Assembly: GCA_013265495.1 (NCBI GenBank)
Contig: MU058213.1
Span: forward strand, 620,001-684,000
From: Vicugna vicugna
Taxonomy: Eukaryota
DNA length: 64,000 bases
Direction of reading: 5' to 3'
Shown here: piece after piece, positions 57,200 to 64,000 of the stretch
How positions within the stretch are numbered: the first letter of the stretch is position 1
How the letters are laid out: the number at the start of each line of letters is the position of its first letter
Position numbers and translations under genes: made by a program
Notes under the pieces: model-generated
Databases searched by the model: none
Told to the model about the DNA's origin: nothing
Seen by the model: only the letters and a program-made list of their open reading frames with translations

Positions 57200-59150
57200 T
57201 CTGTACACTCTCTCCCCTCCAACTATCCGGTGCTCACAGGATAGTTGATTGTGCATTTATCCTGACTTTTTTCTATGCATATACAAACATATATCATTAT
57301 GTTTTCAAAATTGGGATCACATTACACATACTATTCTGTAACTTACTTTCCTTCTCTAACAATGCACTTCAAGCATCTTTCTATGTCAGCAGGAATCGAG
57401 TTATGCTATTATTTTAATGGCTCCACAGTATCTGATGGTGAGGGTGCATCATTTATATAATCAATTTCCTATGAATGGACATTATTTATTTACTATTATA
57501 GACACAGCTGTAGTAAACATTCTTTGTGTGACTTTGCAGCATATCTGAGGATACAATTCTAGAAGTAGAAATGCTGGGACCAAAGCCTGTTTACATTGAC
57601 CGTTTCAATGGATCCCCCGGGACTGATGCTCAGCCTGCCTGCCTCAGTGTGGTAGGTGGGCTATTCTCAGCTGGTGCTTCTCAGCCATCGGAAATGTTTT
57701 GCAGGTCACTCCTGGACACCAAATTACCCTCCAAACGGCTGCACTAATTCATACTCACTGTTTCTCCACATGAGCGCCCCTTTTCCCACATTCTGGCCAG
57801 CACTGAATATTATTGGGGCATTTATCTTTTTCATAATAATTTTTAAAGACTATTCTCTAAATACATTTGCTTCTCATGTTGCAAAATTCATTTATGAAAA
57901 ATATGTATTTAAATTTTTATAGTGTCTTTCTACATTGAAGATTGTTTATTTCAATGTACTGGATCTGTTAATATTGTCTTTTATATACTCTGAGTTTAGT
58001 ATTGTACTTAGAAGGGCCTTCCCCACACCAAAATTATTGATTAGGTCATCTATATTTTCTTTGTAAGGGTTATTTTACATGTATATCTTCAGTCTACCTC
58101 ATATTTATTCATCAGCTTAATTCTGATATAATTTATATAACATACAATGTGCCCTTTTAAATGTGCACAATAAAATAATTTTTTCTATATTCACAGGGTT
58201 ATACAACCATCACCACACTCTAATTTCAGAATATTTTCATCTCTCCTAAAGAAACCCTGTCCCGTTAGCAGTCATTCCCCAATCTCCACCCCTTCTCCAT
58301 TCCCCTGCAACCACGAATAATGTTTCAGTGCATAATGTTTTCAAGGTTCATCCATATTGTAGCATGTATGTACTTCATTTCTTTTTTTGCCAAATAATGT
58401 TCCATTATATAGATAGACCACAATTTGCTTATCCTTTCATCACTTGGTAGACATTTGGTTTGTTTTCACCATTGTGAATGATGCTGCATATATATTAAGA
58501 TGTGATCTTCGCATTACCACCGACAATGTTTGAGGGTTCCAATTTCTCCACATCTTTTCCAATGCTTGTTATTGTCTGTTTGTTTTTTTTCATTATAGCC
58601 ATCCTAGTAAGTGTGAAGTGATGTCTTATTGTGATTTTGATTTCCACTTCCCTAATGAGACTAATGAAGTTGAGATATTTTCATGTATATATTGGGTGTT
58701 TTTGTATCTTCATTGGAGAAACATCTACCCAGATCCTTTGCCCATTTTTAAATTGGGTTGCCTTTTTATTATTGAGTTGTGAGAGTTCTTTACATATTCT
58801 AGGTACAGATCCCTTATCAGGTAAATGATTTGCAAATATTTTCTCCCATTCTGTGGGTTACCTTTTCACAGAATGAGTTAGAAAATATTCCTTCTTCTAT
58901 TTTTTGGAAGAGTTTGTGAAAGATTGGTATTAATTCTTCTTTGAATGTTTGGTAGAATTCATCAGTGAAGTCATCTCGGCCTGGGCTTTTATTTTTGTGG
59001 GAAGTTGTAAAGTTAATTACTAATTATTGGATTTATTTTTGTGTGTGATATTAAGGTGGGACTCTAACTTAATTTTTTTCTAAATAGCCAATTGTTCTAA
59101 CACCATTTACTGAATAATCTACCTGTTCCTACTAACTGTAAATGCCATAA
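57200..59150 (-). mobile_element. Cluster of old L1 fragments
   Basis: Several antisense L1M 3' UTR/ORF2 pieces (cataatgttttcaaggttcatccatattgtagcatg; ggtagaattcatcagtgaagtcatct). Confidence 0.75.
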
Positions 59151-62100
59151 ACACGTACTCAGACAATTTTGGATCTTGATTGCAACCTTACTCCTGCTGA
59201 GGCACAAAACAAAATTTCTTTATCAGTGGCTACCATGTTGGAGCCTTGAGAAATTCTCTGTCCTATTGGCATGTAAGGTTGAAAAACAGAAGGGACCAGG
59301 AATGATTTGTAATTTCCCTGCCTCATCATGAATGTGTCAGTGTGGTATGGACTGCACACAGGGCCCACCAACACCCACAAGACTTTGTGCCCCAGGATGG
59401 CAGCACATCCTTGGATGCCTGCCTGCCCACACTACAGACAAGGTTCAGGCCAGGCCAGAGGCCACCAGCCCTCTGGCCTTGCTCTTGTGGCCTGGGTCCC
59501 TGCCATTGGTGACTTCCTGGACTTTGGAATCAGTTGGGAATGCCCATCTTTCCTGCAGCTCCCTGTAATCACACTCTTATCAGACCTTGAACTCGGTCTT
59601 TTAATGCACATCATCACAGTGTCTACCACTCCCTCCACACCTGAGAACAGTGAGCTGTGTTCTCTGCTATCCAGGACGCTGACTGTGCTAACCAGCAACT
59701 GTCCTCCCCCTCCTTTACCTGCTTCTGCTTATCCCTGAACTACTCATTCTGACCCTTTCCACCCTGACTCATCCCACAGTTGCTCATAATTCAGTATGAA
59801 CATGCAGACTCAGCATGACTCCCAGAAGACAGGACCCTACGCTTGATTCTGGACACTCCCCTCTCCCCTGATGTTATTATGTACAATAGATGCATGGGAA
59901 GCCATGGGAATAAATGAGATTGTTGAGAGCAAGAGTGAATGGTGAGAGGCAGCCAAGACAAGGCCCTGTGGGACACCAATATGCAGAGCCAGAGAGGGGA
60001 GGAACAGTCAAAGTGAAAGCTGAGAAGTGACTGGAGAGATAGAGAGAAAGCCAGGAAGATGTGGTGCCTGAGAAGTCAAGATGTGAGATAGAGGGAGAGG
60101 GCAGCAGTACCAAATGGTACTGCGGGAAGTCACATGAGATGCAGACTGAAAAGTGCCCGATGGGTTTGGCAACACGAGGTCACTGGTGACTTCGGCAAAA
60201 TTCCATGTCGATGATCAGCTAATTTCACTGTTTAAAACCTTCAAAGTTTCCCATTGCCTTCCAGAGAAAGTGGCCTCCATGCCAGTGTTGCCTCTCACCA
60301 AGTCCACGTGCTCACTCCAGGCTCCAGCCAGGCTGAGCTGCTTGCATGAATGGATGCCCCATTTCTCTCCTGTGCTGCTCCCTCTGCCTGGAACCCTTTC
60401 CTCCTCCCAGACTCCCATGTCCTTCCCAACTAGCTCAAGTACCATCTCCTCCAGGAAGCCTTCCCTGATCCCAAGGTTGGGTTGGGTGGTCCTCTTCTCT
60501 CTTCCCATCACATTATGCACTGGGATGAGAAAAGTACATTTTCCCCCAGGGGCATGTCTTGTTCACCTTCGTTCCCCAGTCCTCTGGCCAGGACCTGCCC
60601 CGCTATGTTCCTGAGCACACAGGGAAGCAAGCCTTGGCGATGGAAGTGGGAGTGCACCCAGCTTCCCTCTTCGACCCAGTAAGTAAACACTTGCAAGCCA
60701 GACTGGCTGGCAACAATGCAATGACTGCGTCAGCATCATGAGCCACAGGCGTCTCTTTGCTCTTTGGTTTCATGTAGGTCAGGTTCGCTAAGAGACCTGT
60801 GGCCAGGAGTGCAATTCCTGGTAACCCCTTCCTTGGGGTCATTAGGTTGCAAAATCCCCAGTGCCAGTTCAGGTCAGAGCCTTTTCATAGTACTACCCGT
60901 GCTGCCTGTGTGTACTCGCTGGACTCTGCCTTTCTCTGCTTCTCCACCCACCCTCGTCCCCGGGAGCCCTTCCCTCCTCTGTGTACCCATCTTTCAAGCA
61001 TCTGATAACATCCTGCTGATTCACATTGCCTTCTGTATTGATGAATCTCTGACAGCTCCTCCCTTGCCCCACAGGTCTCTTCCTTCTCTCCCAGTAAAAA
61101 GGTAACAGTGAGCTTGACTTCTCTGGTTGAGTTATTAACTCCCAACGGCAAGGAACATGCTCTTCCTTCTTGTATTTGCTGAGTCCAAGCCTTGCAAAAC
61201 TGTACTTGCTAACTGATCTCAGGGAAAGTGGACTTTTATATTATTACTGACCAGGGAGGCAGGCGTTGGAGTGCCAGAAGCTTTTTAGCCACTCTGAGCA
61301 TGGTTCTTCGGTGTGGAGGTGGAATTTCACAAGATTTACCCTTTACACATTGCTCCCTTAAAATCTGACTCCTGACTCAGGGCTCAGCTGGCTCATTATT
61401 TGAAGGCAAGTCTCCCCCTTTAGGAAGAACACAGTCTTCTCAGAGAGGTCAGACACCTCGTAACTTTAAAGCACACCTTGCCCCTTTCAGAAAAACCCTT
61501 TTTGGAGTTAAAAGGTAGAATCGCTCTGCTTTTTAAAATATGTAATGTTATATATTGTTTTATTCCTGATTATAAAACCAGGCCTATTCATGTTATAAAG
61601 TGTAGCAAATACAGCAAACTATAAAACCTTTTTTTAAAAAAGTCACCAAAACCCCACTTTCCGCAGATAGCCACTGTTGACACTTTGCAGTATTTTATTT
61701 TCTATGAAAATATATGACATGTGTAAAGAAGCTACATAAGGATATACGTGTAGTATGGAAGTTAAAACATAAATTTACCAGGTGAGGTCAGAGGGTCATA
61801 GATGTGCTTTTGTACATAGAGGTCCTCCTCCTCCTGATGTCAGCATGGCTGAGCCCTGTGTCTTCCAGTCTTTGCGTCACTTTTAGCCCTGAAACCAGCA
61901 CTCGCCCCACCCCTCAGCACTTCTGCCTCCCCGTCCTGCTCCACTTTTGTTTTCTTCGGCAATAATCACCTTTAACTATTAAACGATTTTCTTATTTCTT
62001 ATATTTATTGGTTATTGCATGTCTCTCCCTCTCCCCCTCAATGTAAGCTCCAAGAAGGCAGGACCTTGTCAGTTCTGTTCAATGATGTATCCCAAATGCC

Positions 62101-62167
62101 TAGAGCAGCGCCAAGCACGCGGTGGGTGCTAAATGACTCCTTGTGGGAGGATGACTCAGCATTATAT

Positions 62168-62480
62168 TGTCACCACACCAAACTTGGTTCTGCTCGCCCA
62201 TGGGCAATAAAGCTCATCTACTGACACCTGGTTGTGGTGAAGGTGTGTCAAGCAAGGAGTCCAGGGCAGCTAGAGCCCAAGATACCCACAGTCTCCAATG
62301 GGTTTCAGCAAAGCATTTTTAAAGGCCAGGTGGGGGAGGGGGTGTCCCAGGGTCCGTGATCAGCTCATGCAGGATTCTCTGGTTGGTTGATGGTGAGGTA
62401 ACACGGTGGTGCCACAGGGGTTAACATTCTTAATCCTTAGGTGTCAGTAGGTCTGGGGGACTACATGCTCATAGTCCTAC
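62168..62480. mobile_element. Older ERV1-type LTR fragment, interrupted at 62480
   Basis: TGT start, ctactgacacctggttgtggtgaagg and gatcagctcatgcaggattctctggttggttgatggtgaggtaac resemble laurasiatherian ERV1 LTRs. Confidence 0.55.
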
Positions 62481-62876
62481 TGTGGTGGGAAGCCCCATGA
62501 AAAGACCAGCAGGACCCACAGGCAGGGCCACTACTTTCCCACCGGCGCCATCAGGTTGCCTGGCCCAGCAGCTTTATCTCACTTTTGTGCTGTGTAAAAC
62601 GGCTTGGTTCTAGGAAAGCGAAACTTACCCCTAAGAGTCTATTGGTTCCCAAAGCCCACTCCTGATTGGTCCATTTCTAACACCTCATTTGCATACAGCA
62701 CAAAATGGAAACCTAAAACTCTATAAAAGCCTGTGTAAACCTACAGTTGGGGTCCAGAGCTTGGTGTGTTAACTCCTCTGGGCCCGCCAGCATAATAAAC
62801 CTGAGTTCTCCAACCTTCCGACTGTCGGCTTGGCCTGTTGTCGGAATTCAGGTTGCTGTAACACTTTGATGTAACA
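62481..62876 (+). mobile_element. 5' LTR of a class I (gamma-like) endogenous retrovirus
   Basis: TG...CA, about 396 bp. ATTGG at 62641 and 62665, octamer ATTTGCAT 62687-62694, TATAAAA 62722-62728, AATAAA 62794-62799. Immediately followed by a PBS. The 5' boundary is inferred. Confidence 0.85.
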
Positions 62877-62880
62877 TTTC

Positions 62881-64000
62881 TGGAGGCCCCAGTGAGTTTC
62901 CAACTGTGCCGGCCCCTTGAGCCGCCGGGGCAGCGGAGCAACTGCCTGGAGGATGGGAACCCCGAAAGCGAACGAGGCAGCACGCCACCCAGTGGTATTC
63001 CGGGTCCCCCTTCGCAGGGGTGGTTCAGCCCTCTGGGTAGCTGAACCCCAACTGGACTCGAGGGAGGGACGGACTAACTCACCAGGCAACACGTCCGGAC
63101 GAGGTAAGAGCCCCGGGAAGCATCCATATTCAGGTTATCCAGGTCGTGTCCCAGTAGACAGAAGGGAGGCTGATCGCTACCTTCAGGCTTCCCCATCCAA
63201 CGGTATTCCAGATGGGAAGATCAGGTCAGGGACGCCCTGGAGAATTAGGAGGGAAATGTGCAATTAACCTCTGAGCATTTGTGTGAATGTGTGTGTGACC
63301 TGATTCACTTGGGCTTCAGATTTGAGCCTGTAGCTCCATGGCGCTCTGCTACGGAGTTGGAGTGAGTCCCAACCTGCGGTCCGTGGCGACCTCATATGCT
63401 CAAGGCGGTATCGGCCCCTCCGGGTATGGATCGGAGTCAGGTTTATACTGACCCGCCAAAGCTAAAAGGCATCTTCATCCCAGTGAGGGGAGCGGCCAGG
63501 CAGATGCAATGAAAGCCCCTCCCTTTGTCTCGTTTGTGACACCAGCACAGGGTGGCTACACAGGGAGGGAAAGGGACATAGAACAGCCTATGAGTAAATG
63601 ACCCCTGTGCCCTTGGGGACTGGGACGGGACTACTTTGAGGAAGTTTCAGATGCGACCTTGTCATCAGACCTCAGAGACATCCTGTCGGGACTAGTGAAC
63701 CAGCTTCAGTACTGCCCCTTCTGTCTAATATTGAGACCTCAAGACCTGAGCCAGGGGGAGCCTCCAGGGCTGGCTGCACCCCTCTTTTGAGGTCCCCTTT
63801 TTGGTTCATTTATTCTGCCACCGGCCCGCCATCTCGGCCCCGTGTTTTGTCAGTTCAGACTATAGAGAAGACTTTGTGTGGGGACCCCTAGAGCTCGTCC
63901 AGGCCTGGGAGAGCCTCAGGGACACCTGCCTGCCGTGGAATCCTCCGGACACATCGGGAGCACTTGCAGCCAAGCAGATGCTAGACCCGGTGAGGCAGCG
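62881..64000 (+). mobile_element. ERV primer-binding site (tRNA-Thr-like) and 5' leader, running off the window
   Basis: TGGAGGCCCCAGTGAG 4 nt after the LTR end is complementary to the tRNA-Thr(TGT) 3' end apart from one CpG>TpG. Splice donor AG|GTAAG at 63104. CpG-retaining leader. Confidence 0.8.

Noticed and set aside
60153..60614. 153-aa ORF with overlapping antisense ORFs
   Set aside because: Lies in degenerate L2 sequence, has a non-ATG start and shows no domain similarity or exon context.
62917..63267. 116-aa ORF after the PBS as possible gag
   Set aside because: Non-ATG start, no MG myristoylation start and no recognisable MA/CA motifs; it lies in the GC-rich leader and spans the splice donor.

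Overview
Mammalian genomic DNA, most likely camelid (alpaca/llama/camel), judged from seven copies of a tRNA-derived Vic-1-like SINE. The window holds one complete protein-coding gene on the + strand, MAPK6 (ERK3, an atypical MAP kinase). It has a CpG-island promoter with a non-coding exon 1 (ends 18959), a ~15.4 kb intron 1, five coding exons (35027-35581, 37165-37309, 39635-39799, 43297-43498, 44514-45615; 2169 nt, 722 aa, all GT-AG) and a ~1.27 kb 3' UTR. The rest is mostly interspersed repeats: a fossil two-LTR ERV-L provirus with nested L1/SINE insertions (about 1.1-7.1 kb), L1/L2/CR1/MIR fragments, DNA-transposon relics, and at the right edge a well-preserved class I ERV 5' LTR with a tRNA-Thr primer-binding site inserted into an older LTR. 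I found no evidence of a wholly new biological system. The best leads are the uORF-rich 5' UTR of MAPK6, the apparently young ERV, inverted SINEs around exons 3-4, and a perfect 129-bp tandem duplication upstream of the promoter. Repeat family names come from recall of consensus sequences, not from a search, and repeat boundaries are approximate unless TSDs are given.
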